From the NCBI GenBank assembly GCA_036867785.1, contig CP145410.1:1116001-1180000 (forward strand): a stretch of DNA of 64,000 bases. Reading direction: 5' to 3'. A program made the position numbers and the translations under genes. The notes under the pieces were generated by a model that worked only from the letters and a program-made list of their open reading frames with translations, was not told the DNA's origin and searched no databases. The stretch comes from Plasmodiophora brassicae (taxonomy: Eukaryota). Every line of letters starts with the position of its first letter. Positions within the stretch are counted from its first letter, which is position 1. Below, one piece after another: positions 49,975-62,109 of this stretch.

Positions 49975-52405
49975 ATGGCCGACGTCGAGGGCGCCGTACG
50001 TAAGGCTCTGCAGGCCTTACTAGAGTGCACCGTTCGCGAAGACGTTATCCACCATCTGACAGTGACCATGTCGCTGAAAGCGGGCGCTAAGAAGAATAAG
50101 GATATTGCGTCGGCGCTGGTTCGCGATGGTGCATTCCAGTCGCTCAGCGTCGTGCTTCAGCGGTATTCAAAGGTATATCTGCGTTGCCGGCCAGCCGTGG
50201 ACGTTCCCTGTCTTAACGAGCGATGCCTCGCGTCAGGACGAAGAGGTGTGTCTGTTGGCACTGAAAGCCATATCGAACTTCGCGTCCGCCCAGGACACGG
50301 TCTCGGCTATGGTCGAACACGAAATCCCGCTGCTGCTGATCAGGACCATTAAGCGCCATTTGACGTCGGCCACCATCCTCGAGGTCGGTATCATGGTGCT
50401 GGCCGATGCCAGTCGCAACCCGCACGTGCGCGACCTGGTTCGCATTCATAACGGGATCAGCGCCATCGGGGACACCATCAGTGTCCACAAGACGAACCCG
50501 AAGGTGCTCGATGCGGCGTTCTACTGCCTGGCGAACCTGACCGTCCAGTCCCCGGATAACATCGCCAGCATCGTCGAATCCGGGTGCATGGGCGCTGTTA
50601 TCGACGGTATGATGAAGTTCAGCACGGCCCCGTCCTTGGTGGAAGCGGCGCTGGCCACCCTGAACAACGTCTGCCGCAACGGTATCACCGAGCGACGTCA
50701 CGTCGCCGACCTGAACGCGTGCCATGCCATGGTCGAGGTGCTCAAACCGCTCGTGGGCCAGCGGAGCATCGGCCTCGCGAAGAGCTGCCTGGTCGCCATT
50801 GCAACGTTCGCCCAGTGCCCTGAGAACATTGACGTTCTGCTCGATGCCAACGCGCTGAATCTGATCTGCACCAAGGTCATGGTGTACCGCACCGACCTGG
50901 ACCTCGTCAAGGTCGGCATCTCGACGATCGCCATCGTGGCCACGTCCTGCTCCGATGCGACGCTGCCAGCGCTGCTGGAAACGCGATGCTTGGCGACCGT
51001 CCTCGTCATCGCCCGGGCGAACCCTTACCAGGATGCGATCCAGGCCGCCATCCTGCAACTGTTCACAGGGCTATACTCGCGGTTCTCGAACGCCCATTCC
51101 CAGTTGCTGAGCACGATCCGCCTCATGTCGATCCCGGTCGCCCTGTCGTCCATGTACTGTTTCCCGAAGAACGCTATGATCGCCAGCGCTGCTGCCACTC
51201 TGCTAACGGGCGTTCTGACCGATCAGCAAGTTCGCGGCCGGCTCGAGCTGATCGACATCTTCCCGACCGTTGTGCGCGTCGCCATGGAGCAGATCGACAA
51301 CCATGACGTTGTCAGGCTGATGCTGAACCTGCTCGCTGAGCTGATGACGTTGAACGTCACCAGCAGCGCTGTCGAAGGAAGCAACATGCTGGACCTGGTC
51401 GGGTACATCATCACCCAGCCGGACACGAACCCGAAATCGCTGGAGAGCGCCCTGGCCCTCTTGTCGCAGATCGTCACCCATGGCGACAGCAGCGAGCTGG
51501 CCGTGCAGATGCTCGCCAAGCCGTTGTTCGACATTGCAAGCAACCCGGAGACGTCCAGGACGGCAACGTACCCGGTGCTGGCCGCCATCCTTGGCGACCT
51601 CGCGCAAACGACGACGGGCGCTGAGATCCTGCTCCAGTTAGGATTCATCGACCTACAACTGAAGATCCTGGCGGAAGAGTCGCGGCACCCGATGCTCGTC
51701 TCGATCATACTGGAGTCGTTACGGAAGCTGATGCGAAGCAGTCTGAAGGCGCGTGCCGACCTGAAGCAGAAGGGCGCCGTCCGCATGGTCGAGACGTTGC
51801 GGTTCCAGCATTCGGCGGAGGCGCGCGTGTCGCGAGCCGCTAACGATTTCCTGAGAGATATCGAGTCGACCGCATTGGCCAGCAAAGCGCGAACCGGGTA
51901 CGCCAAGCCCATCGCTAGTACCGACGGGTTCAAGCTCCCCGAACTGGACCAGAACGTGCGGCTGTTCCTCGTCGCTGGTGGTGTCCTGGTGAAGCACTGC
52001 AAGAGGGCCCTGCCGAGAAAGATGAACGTATTCGTGTCGCCAGACCTACGGTTCCTGGTCTGGAGGGATCCCGGTAACCAGAAGTCGAAACCAAGATCGT
52101 TCTTTCTGGACAATAGCGACCGGGTGGTGGCGGGACGGGCCACGCCAGAGCTCCAGCGGCAAACGATGTTCTATACGCCGGCAGCGGAGCCGCTAGCGTT
52201 CGCCGTGTTCATGAAGGATGGACGCACGCTGAACTTGGAGGCGCATACACCTGCCCTGCGGCAGCAGTGGGTACAGGCACTCAGGGAAATCATCCGGTAC
52301 CGGCAGGACCTCGCCAAGCTGACGACAGAGTCAAAGGACAATCACAGCGGGAACTCACTGAAGGACGAGGACAGTACTCTGTTGGGAGGGTTTAACGAGA
52401 TCTAG
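49975..52405 (+). CDS. Armadillo-repeat protein with a C-terminal PH domain
   Basis: Repeated ARM-like helices (ALKAISNFA, AFYCLANLT, ALATLNNVC); PH-like GGVLVKH...LVW...FAVF...TLNLEA...QQWVQALR; one intron near 50173-50237. Confidence 0.75.
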
Positions 52406-52434
52406 GCCGTTATAAATACACGTATATAACCCTG

Positions 52435-54411
52435 TCAGGAGGTCTGTTTCTTGAGCTCGTCCATACTCTTAGCAACGACGAGTGTCCCGTTAGCTTCAAA
52501 CCCGAAATACACGGTCCCGTGGGACTCTGGTGAAGCGCTTGGAGCAATTTCAACAACAACAAGTTTATGCTTGTACCTGGAGCCCCTCGTTAACAATTGC
52601 TAAGCAGAGGGAACACGAGATACCGCGTACCTGACGTCGGTGCTGACGCTGGCGAGTGTGAATGCGTTATCCGGTCCTCTGTACAGCTCGACGTCGTCGA
52701 GACGAAGAGAGTACGTAGCAACCGGATAGACGGCATCGCCTTGCCATGACACATTGATGGACGCTACATTGTTCTTGATAACGCCTGCGCTGAGAACGGG
52801 CTCAGGCCGCCAGTCGTTAACGGCATTGCTGGGAACCAAATCCAACGGAGACGCCAAGCCCCATCGTAATGCTCCATTGACAAACAGGCTCAGCAACGAG
52901 GCCTGCATCATCATCGTCCACCTGTTTGGTGGCAAACGGACCGAAGCGAGTGGCCAGATTGATAGGGCAAACGCATAGTGATGGTAATGAGGCACTGATC
53001 CTGGAGACATCAGACCCAGAAGCACAATGATCACAATGATCGGCCCCAGCGTTTGGAGATATAGCGCTCCGACAGAACGAAGCACGCCAGCTTCTCGGAT
53101 TCGCCGAACCATGTAGGCGAGTGATACGACAACAAGGAGGAGCAACATGACAAGGAACGTAATCAGTAACGGAGACGTCAGGGACAGCTTGTAGTCAAGG
53201 CCGAAATTGAGAACAGGGCTGATGGCGCTAAGGAAGTCGATATTGAGGAAAACGAAATAGGGTACAATATAGTACAGGAAGAGATGCAGAGGTCGTTTCT
53301 CGATGCTGTTACCGATTTGATGGCGACCGCCGCATTCCCAGAGCAACCAGGAGAACCCACCGAGAACAGTACCATTGTTCAAGATTAAACGAGCAAACGG
53401 AACCGGATCGATCTGTGCATAGGCGACGCCTGCAGTGTAGATTGCACCGGCTGCGACGATTCCGATCCATAGCGTTCGCGCACCGACACGGACGGCTAAC
53501 AGGGCCGCCATTGACAAGAGAAGGACGATCGGCAATAACACGACCCAAATGTCACGACATAACGTGGTGGAATCCGCAGGTTCCACGACGTACGACATGG
53601 GGAATGGCGCCGGGAATTCAACTGCAACATTCTTAATAGAGGAACCTTGCCGACCCCACTGAAGCGGTTACCGGATTGGATGCCATTCTGGTAACTCGAC
53701 GAGAAATACGGGGCAGATCCCGATAAGCGAAACTTGAAGCACCCTCCCAGTGGGCCTATGAGGCCGCTAACCCCGTCGTCAGTTGATTAGAGGGGTCGAT
53801 TCACTATGCTGGAGATTAGGTAGCAAGCACCTGTGAGTTGCAGACAGGCATATTCCAGAATCCGCCCGATAAGGAGAGCTGCCGACTGCAATGCCAGAAA
53901 CACTTAGTCTGGGAATATGTCTGACATGCAGTACCAGCAACTGACTGGGGACGAGTTTCTGGTATCCAGAAACGCAGCCTGCAGGGCAGCGTGCACTGTT
54001 CCACATCCCATATGGGTCAGCATCAGCGTACGAAATCGACATTGGCGGAAACAACCGACGTTTGCCACTGATCCGAGCTGAACGGCAGGCAGTCTTGTGC
54101 GCCGATGCCACATTTGCTCGCGACATTCCATGCAACAACTGTCCAATTGACAACATCAAGGGACACACAATGCCGATACGATTACGCGCCCAACCGCTAT
54201 TGCACGCCAACACATTATCAGGAGGTGCGCCATCAACGGTCGCACCGTAATACTGCAGGCCGATCACGACGGCATTGACAGCGATCACCGCAGCCACCAC
54301 TAGATACTGACGCCGATCCCGTGACGCAAGCCACCGCGTTTGCGTCGCCTGGCCGACCAGAGCAACATCGTGATCGCTGTCGTCACAGCCCAGCACGACC
54401 GCACCGGGCAT
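52435..54411 (-). CDS. LCCL-domain multi-pass membrane protein
   Basis: RCPAGC, GSSPYRADSGICLSATH (LCCL-like), several TM helices with HYHHY and QASLLSLFVNGALRWG; beta-rich C-terminus. Confidence 0.65.
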
Positions 54412-54835
54412 TGTGCCGAACAGTTTTGCACGTTCGGCTGACGTGTCCCTTTAACAGGCCCACACACCGACTCACCCAAGTTCAACGACACCCAAAAATA
54501 GGCCGCCCCATGAATCTTCTGTACGTGCCGCAGCTGTCTGTGCGCTGGAAGTAGCCGAGCTGGCAGGCGGCAGTGCAGCCGCTCTCTGACGCGTGCTCAC
54601 GACAAGCCAGTACGTCGAGACTGGGTATTTCCGCAGATTATATTCGCCACCCTTTGAATAGAGCCTGTCGAGCAGCACCCACCGACCATCTCCGAGACTC
54701 GTGCCTCGCGAGTGCTCGCTGGGTTCGTTCTGTAATACCTGCCGTGGTCGTCGGCGATGACGACCTCACCCGTTGGGTCGCAACTCGCAAGCGCTGCAGG
54801 CTGCAGTCGCGGAGGTGCGCCGGACAGTCAGCGAT

Positions 54836-55754
54836 ATGTTGCATCTCGTTGAGCGGCTCAATGCGCTCGACGTTGTCCTGGCGTCAAGTTCGCCGCGGCG
54901 ACGGGACATACTAGATATGATTGGCATGAACGTGCGCGTCGTACCGAGCGCGTTCGATGAAGGGCAGCTGAAGAGTCGTCGAACGGGCATGTTTGCCAGC
55001 CCGGAGGAATACGTTCGCGCGTCCGCCTATCTCAAAGCGGCACATGCGGTCGGTGCCTGTCCGACTGCTGATGTCATTATCGCCGCTGATACCATCGTTG
55101 TCGTCGATGGCGACATTCTCGAGAAACCGATAGGTGCCGCTCGCTGTGTGTGTTGAAGCGTTCATTTTACTGATATCGCCGTTGCCAGACGATGCTCATG
55201 CGGCGTCTATGCTGGAACGACTAAGCGGTCGAACCCACAGAGTTTTGACCGGCGTCTCTATTGTGACACGGAATGCTGCCGCTGCCGATAAAGGCGATGC
55301 ATACGTGGACAACTTCGCGCTCTTGCTACCAAATGGATTCAACCCTGGCACGCATCATCACAGAACTTGGGTAAGCATACCAACGATTTGCGGTTTCGCC
55401 CCATTGCTTATCCTGCTGACAGGTATCAGCGACTGCAGTTGACGTTGTACCGCTGGATCGACGACTGATCGATGCATATATTGCAACGGGAGAGCATCGG
55501 TAACGCTCAAGGCGTCTTCTGTACAGCCAACGTCGCCTAACGGATTTCTACAGGGATAAGGCGGGTTCGGTAGGGCAATCGTTTTGCTGTGGACGCCCAT
55601 ACTCACCTCTTTATGTCGACAGTACGGGATTCAAGGGTGTGCGAGCGTGTTCATTAAAGGGATCCATGGGTGCTTCTATAACGTCATGGGATTCCCCCTG
55701 CAAGCGTTCTCCACTGCGATGCAGGAACTGTTCGACAGCATCCAACCTAAATAA
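54836..55754 (+). CDS. Maf-family nucleotide pyrophosphatase
   Basis: VVLASSSPRRRDIL, FDE, IIAADTIVV..ILEKP, LSGRTHRVLTGV, DKAG, YGIQG, GCFYNVMGFP. Confidence 0.9.
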
Positions 55755-56743
55755 ATGCACACAGTGGTTTCTTTTGTTCGTGTACGGGCTCGCATCGTTT
55801 CGCAACCTGCCTGCTTTCCGTAACCAGACTTCCAATCCCGCGCGTATCGGTTCGCCACAAGACTCGCCTGGCGTTTTCGGAGGTAGAATCTGGTTCGCCC
55901 GAACATGCACAGGGCCTGAAATATGAACAATTTCCGAACCGGAACTATCTTAGCGGGTCCCCACCGCCACTCCCCATACCTGAACATAATCCATAGAGCA
56001 TCGACGCCCTGCAAGTCGGCTCTGTCGCGATTGCGATGGGATTATAACTTAGACCTCCAGCTGCTTTGGCCAAATCATCGCATACCTGTTGCAGGTCCCA
56101 GTGCAGGCCACGTGGCTTAGGCTGTGCATTGTGCAGGTTTCCTGCACAACGTGTTTCAGTTGGAGCTCCGGTTGTACTGTTGCGTTTGCTAAGATGTATA
56201 GGCATCGTTGGCCCTTTGTATGAGTATGTCAGTCATCTCGTCTTGGTACTTCTATAGGGCTCATGTGAAGGTTTGTTTCCAGAGTCGTGCGATGTGGCAC
56301 GCTCGTGCCGTAGTTTGTGTCAGAGTACAGCTGTGCAGTGGATAAGTTGGTGTTTGACGGTTTCTGTGGCGACGTTGCAGTGCCGGCACTGGCCAGTCTC
56401 CCCAGCCTATGCTTTGGTCAGTGTTGAAGACGAGCTGTCGCGCACCGCAGTGTCGTGAGCGGGCGAGATGCAGCAGGGGTTGCCGACGCTGTCTTGTGGA
56501 AATTGTTGCAGTGATCAGCATCGGCCGGGCGGAGTTGTGCACAGTGTGAAGTTGGCGCGTACGTCGTGAAGGTTCTCTAGGAAGCCCGCAGTCCGAAAAA
56601 AAGGGGGGCCTGAAGCCAAAATCAGCGCAGTTGCTGCTGTCAGCGTTCCAGCCCGGATCGTGCGGACTGCCAACCTTCAAAACGTCTGCGAAGACCAGCA
56701 TCACGAAGGTATCGAGCCTCCAGACCATACGATCATCCGCAAG

Positions 56744-58468
56744 ATGTCGCGTCGCCCGATTCACGCATTTATGTCGCTGCTCATCGTCCTGTATTTCCCG
56801 GTCAACGCGCAGGCCGCGGACAAGGTGACGTGTGCTCGCAAGATCAACCTCCTGTTGAAAGATCCCGATTTCGACTCGTCCGACTGCCAGCGTGCTGTGG
56901 ACGCCGCTCTATCCAAGGATGGCAACAACAATGACGTCTTCTCCGATGATGAACAGCGTGCCTGGCTCACCAAGATCTACACGCACGAGATGAAGTACCT
57001 GTTGAAAGATCCCGATTTCGACCCGTCCGACTGCCAGCGTGCTGTGAACGCCGCTCTATCCAAGGATGGCAACAACAGTGGCGTCTTCTCCGATGATGAA
57101 CAGCGTGCCTGGCTCACCAAGATCTACACGCACGAGATGAAGTACCTGTTGAAAGATCCCGTTTTCGTCTCGTCCGACTGCCAGCGTGCTGTGAACGCCG
57201 CTCTATCCAAGGATGGCAACAACAATGGCGTCTTCTCCGATGATAAACAGCGAGCCTGGCTCACCAAGATCTACACGCACGAGATGAAGTACCTGTTGAA
57301 AGATCCCGATTTCGACTCGTCCGACTGCCAGCGTGCTGTGGACGCCGCTCTATCCAAGGATGGCAACAACAATGACGTCTTCTCCGATGATGAACAGCGT
57401 GCCTGGCTCACCAAGATCTACACACACGAGATGAAGTACCTGTTGAAAGATCCCGTTTTCGTCTCGTCCGACTGCCAGCGTGCTGTGGACGTCGCTCTAT
57501 CCAAGGATGGCAACAACAATGACGTCTTCTCCGATGATGAACAGCGTGCCTGGCTCACCAAGATCTACACGCACGAGATGAAGTACCTGTTGAAAGATCC
57601 CGTTTTCGTCTCGTCCGACTGCCAGCGTGCTGTGGACGTCGCTCTATCCAAGGATGGCAACAACAATGACGTCTTCTCCGATGATGAACAGCGTGCCTGG
57701 CTCACCAAGATCTACACGCACGAGATGAAGTACCTGTTGAAAGATCCCGTTTTCGTCTCGTCCGACTGCCAGCGTGCTGTGAACGCCGCTCTATCCAAGG
57801 ATGGCAACAACAATGGCGTCTTCTCCGATGATAAACAGCGAGCCTGGCTCACCAAGATCTACACGCACGAGATGAAGTACCTGTTGAAAGATCCCGTTTT
57901 CGACTCGTCCGACTGCCAGCGTGGTGTGGACGCCGCTCTATCCAAGGATGGCAACCACAACGGCGTCTTCTCCGAAGACGAACAGCGTGTCTGGCTCACC
58001 AAGATCTACACGCACGAGATCAAGTACTTGCTGAGGCTGTCTACTTTCGACGATTCGGACCTTGTCCAGGCGGTGAATGCTGTCCTATCGAAGGATGCTA
58101 ATAACGGGTACGTCTTCACTGAGGCCGAACAGTGCAGCTGGCTTCAACAGATCAACACGCATGCGATCCGCCCGCAAAGCAAGGCCGGCAGACTCGACAT
58201 CATGAGCGCTCTGAGCAGCAACCTGGCCATTAGTGCTCAAGCTGCCAAGATGATGGTCCACATGCAGTACCAGCCCCTGAAGCGCGTGCTTGGAGATGCA
58301 GAGGAGAGGCTGAATAGCGTCGATCAGGACGCCCAGGGTGGCAGCAGGGCCACGTTTCGTACGCAGCTGAGCGATAGCATTACCAAGTTGCGTGCAGCGC
58401 TTCGTAAACTCGAAGACAAGATGCATGATTTGGGAGCGACCCCTGATGATTACAACTTCCTGCTGTGA
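56744..58468 (+). CDS. Secreted tandem-repeat protein (49-aa repeats plus coiled-coil C-terminus), effector candidate
   Basis: Signal peptide MSRRPIHAFMSLLIVLYFPVNAQA; intronless; 8 near-identical repeats plus 1 diverged repeat. Confidence 0.85.
   Translation: MSRRPIHAFMSLLIVLYFPVNAQAADKVTCARKINLLLKDPDFDSSDCQRAVDAALSKDGNNNDVFSDDEQRAWLTKIYTHEMKYLLKDPDFDPSDCQRAVNAALSKDGNNSGVFSDDEQRAWLTKIYTHEMKYLLKDPVFVSSDCQRAVNAALSKDGNNNGVFSDDKQRAWLTKIYTHEMKYLLKDPDFDSSDCQRAVDAALSKDGNNNDVFSDDEQRAWLTKIYTHEMKYLLKDPVFVSSDCQRAVDVALSKDGNNNDVFSDDEQRAWLTKIYTHEMKYLLKDPVFVSSDCQRAVDVALSKDGNNNDVFSDDEQRAWLTKIYTHEMKYLLKDPVFVSSDCQRAVNAALSKDGNNNGVFSDDKQRAWLTKIYTHEMKYLLKDPVFDSSDCQRGVDAALSKDGNHNGVFSEDEQRVWLTKIYTHEIKYLLRLSTFDDSDLVQAVNAVLSKDANNGYVFTEAEQCSWLQQINTHAIRPQSKAGRLDIMSALSSNLAISAQAAKMMVHMQYQPLKRVLGDAEERLNSVDQDAQGGSRATFRTQLSDSITKLRAALRKLEDKMHDLGATPDDYNFLL
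56852..58174 (+). repeat. 147-bp coding tandem repeat array (8 near-identical units plus 1 diverged)
   Basis: Units start ctgttgaaagatccc at 56852, 56999, 57146, 57293, 57440, 57587, 57734 and 57881; diverged unit from 58028. Confidence 0.97.
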
Positions 58469-59394
58469 GAGGCCAACGCACTCCCATTTGCTCGTCAAAT
58501 ACACTGAGCGTTCCATATTCGGATCAAAGGCACCCAGCCTCAATCTCTACTGGGCGTTGCGTGGTCTTTATCCGGAGTGGTGTGTGTCGCTACTCGCTGA
58601 GGCCTTGCTGGCCAGAATTAACCCGACATCATACGACGAAAGGTTACGCCGGTTCTCGTGCGATCGGTTCCTTTGCAGAATGGAGGACTGCCATTCGACA
58701 CAGACACAGCGCAGGGAGCGGCCTTGCCGACCCACAGTTGCCTTCTGACCAGCTACATAGGTAGGCCACTGGCAATTTCAATCAAGGAACCCTGTCCAGC
58801 GGCCAATTCGCAAGAGCCAGGGGTCATCGGCCACCGGCCTTAGGTCGGCAAACACGGACGCAAACCGGGCAACAGCAACCTCGCTGAACGGCCCGCTTGG
58901 AGCGCCATCGGGCATTCGCTGTTCCAGAACGCTGCGTAGTCGGAGGGCAACACGGCCTACAGCCTGGAGCAGACCGTTGCGAACCTCGCTGAATTACAAC
59001 GTCGGCAAAACCCTTAAGCACGTTTATTCGACGGTTGTGCACAACGTGCTATGTGTACTGTGCCATGCGCTGGGACTGCGCTGACTACTGGAACATGGAC
59101 GACGCGATTGGCCCCAATGACCTCTGTCTCGGAATTCGCGCGCGTTCTCTGGAAATATCTCTGACCGTGTGCCGAGCATCGACCAGATATTCGCCAGTGG
59201 GCGTGCCACCTGGGAAGTCTGGAACCCCTTAATCGCGCGGCGCGCCCCTGTCACACAGTGATCTGGACAAATCTATGCGCTGCGTTCGGTCCTGGGCGCT
59301 CTCCGGGGGTCGCAACGGACGTACCCCGGGGCCCAGCCCCAGCCAGGAGCGTCATAGTTGAAGTCGCCTGCCTCAAAGTACATCTTTCGCAACA

Positions 59395-60124
59395 ATGTCG
59401 ACAACGTCGGTCGTCCTTATCGTCCTGTTCGCGGTCAGCGTGTCCGCCCACAACAACGAGTGGAAGAAGAAGGACCCGCCAAAGTACTACGACCCGGTCA
59501 CCGAAGCCCCGTCGTACCAAGCGCCCGCATCCGACTACGCCACGCCCGCTCCCACGTATGCTGCTCCTTCCAAGGGCGCCACGCCTGCACCCACACCATC
59601 GTACGCGACCCGCCCACCGCTGCCCACTGGGCGGTGCGGCCCGTACTTCGGCTGGGCGTCATGCGCAGGCGTTAACGAGTGCTGCAGGTGCGAGGCACGA
59701 CGCACCGAGGCTTCGCCTGCCGTATCTGACGAATGCGCTTCCCTATAGCAAATACGGATGGTGTGGCACGACGGTCAGTCACTGCGACTGGAGCAACGCG
59801 ACCGAGGCGCTCAAGCCATACGAGTACCCGTCCGACGCCAGGGGTGCGTCCCAGACCGCCGCCCCGTACCCGTACCCAACTCCCGCGCCAACCACGGTGA
59901 CGACCACCCCGTCACCAACGACGCGCGCGAACGCGACGACGGCGCCAGCGAACTCGACGACAACGAGGACACCGGTGCCACCACCAGCGTCGGTCGGTGC
60001 GGACGCGTCCGGCGCCGGTGTCGCCCGGTCCGTTGCCGCGGACGAAAGCGCGTCGTTCGACACGCGCGTGTCCCGCCTGATCGCCGTTGCCATCGCCGTC
60101 GCCGTCGCCGTCCTCCTGAACTGA
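59395..60124 (+). CDS. Secreted, probably GPI-anchored CBM18 (hevein) chitin-binding protein
   Basis: Signal MSTTSVVLIVLFAVSVSA; RCGPYFGWASCAGVNECCS|KYGWCGTTVSHC; P/T-rich stalks; hydrophobic C-terminus LIAVAIAVAVAVLLN. Confidence 0.88.
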
Positions 60125-60259
60125 ACGCGTGCTCGGTTCTTCCCCTCCATGAGTAAACGCCTGTAGATATCGGAATCCTCTGTTCGGCGTACACACCGCG
60201 AATCCATTGGGAGGGCGTGTGCCCCGCCCCCACATCGATGATATCTGTCTGGGGCTGCC

Positions 60260-62078
60260 GATGACGTCGCCTGTGGCGCCGCCCATCGTGCCGCCCGCCC
60301 GCCGCCCATGGAGGTCGCTGGTCGACGCTTTCAACGAGCGCTCCCGGCATCGCCAGGCGATGCCGCTAGATAGCCGTCGCGACTGGGATGACGAATGGCA
60401 AACCTTACTGGAGCGCCCCTGTCACACTCCGGAGACGCGTCGCAGACGTGCCGCCGCCCTTGTCGCCCTGCGCCGCGAATTCCTCGACGCGGGCGCGCGT
60501 GGCCTTCGCGCCCTGATCGACACGGGTCAGACGACGGTCGACGTCGACGGGGTCGCTGTCACGTCGATCGCAACGGAACAGGTCGCGTCGTACATCGACA
60601 GGATCCACGCGTACGAAACTGTCGCAAGGCTGGGCGCCGCGCCCTGTGCCGTCCCGCTCATGGCGCTGATGCATGCCGACCTGCGCCATGCCGTTGTGGA
60701 GGCGCGCCCGCGCGCCCTGTCGCCCGATGCGGTCGTCCTGGTCGCGTTGCCGACCCTGCGCGACGCACCTCCCCTGCGCTGCCGTCGCCAAACGGCGACC
60801 TCGCGAATCTATTTCGTCGGCGACGCCCAGGACGTGCTGCCGCGGGACGGCACGGGGCGATGCGTGCGCGGGGAGATCGTCCTCGAAGACGGCATCGCGA
60901 GCGACACCCGCCGGGCCACGTTGGCGTCGGCGCTGACGAGGCGGATCGCGCTGGCCGCCAAGGCGCTGGACAAGCGCGGGAAGAAGAAGCTGTCGTCGGC
61001 GGGCGGCCGGCGCATCGCGCGCATCTTGCACGCGCACGGCGTGCCGTGCCGTGCGCTGGGGCGCGTACGCGCCCAGGCACGCACTGCGCCGGTGCGTGCG
61101 TGCCTGCTCGCCGAGATGGTGGCCCGGGCCGTCAAGCGGATCTTCCGGTGCCGGGCGGAGCGCGACGGGCAGCACCCCGTGCAACTCTGCCGGGACCTGG
61201 TCCGCCCCAGCACCGCCGACGCGTGGACGGCGGCCATCGCGGGCGTCCTCGTCGACAAGTTCGGCACAGATGATGATCGCGCACCGATCGCCGGCCTGCT
61301 GCAGGGGTGCGCCCTGCTCGGGCGCGTCCTAGGCGATCTCGGCATCCAGCTCGCCAACCCGGGCACGGCGCTGGCCGACCTTCGCTCAGCGCTCGTTGCC
61401 AACGCCGACACCGCCGCGCTCCTGCACCCGACCGGCCGCGTCGTCGTGCGACGGGTCGAGGGCCTGCCCCAGGTCGAACCCGACCTGAGGTGCCTGATCG
61501 GCCGTCTACGCCAGTGGCACGACGCCGTCATCGTGTCGCGGTCGTGCGCAGACGTTGCCAACGCCGACGTGCTGGCGCAGATCGTCGACGCGTACGCCGA
61601 CCTGTCCAGCGAGGCGCCGTCGGCGGCGTTCGCAGGGCTCGTGCGGGCCGTCGACGACCTCAGGCAGCTGGATCGCAACGACGACCGGGTTGCGGAGGCG
61701 ATGCAGGCGGCCGCGTTGGCCCTGTCGGCAGGCGGGCACCACGAGCAGGCGTTCGCCGCGATCGCCGGCATCCCACGACCATCGCCCGTTACCGTCGCCC
61801 GCCTCGAGCAGCGCCGTGGGGCCTACCACGAGCGTTTGCACGCGCTGGCACCCCTGGCCGACGCGCTGGGCGACGACGATGACCCGACGTCGGCCCGGAT
61901 CGACCTCGTCGACGCCAACCTCGCCATGGGGTACCTCGACGATGCGAACGCGGTCCTGGACAGTGCCGCGCTCGTCGCTGGCGTCCGCAAGGCCCTCGGG
62001 CGCAAGCACCTGCCGCGGTACCTGCTCCAGGTCGGTCGCGCTATACGCCAGGCGGCGGGGCACCTGTCTGCAACGGGC

Positions 62079-62109
<31 letters not shown>

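Noticed and set aside
56852-58027. CRISPR-like array
   Set aside because: Contiguous in-frame 147-bp coding repeats without unique spacers, in a eukaryotic context with no cas genes.
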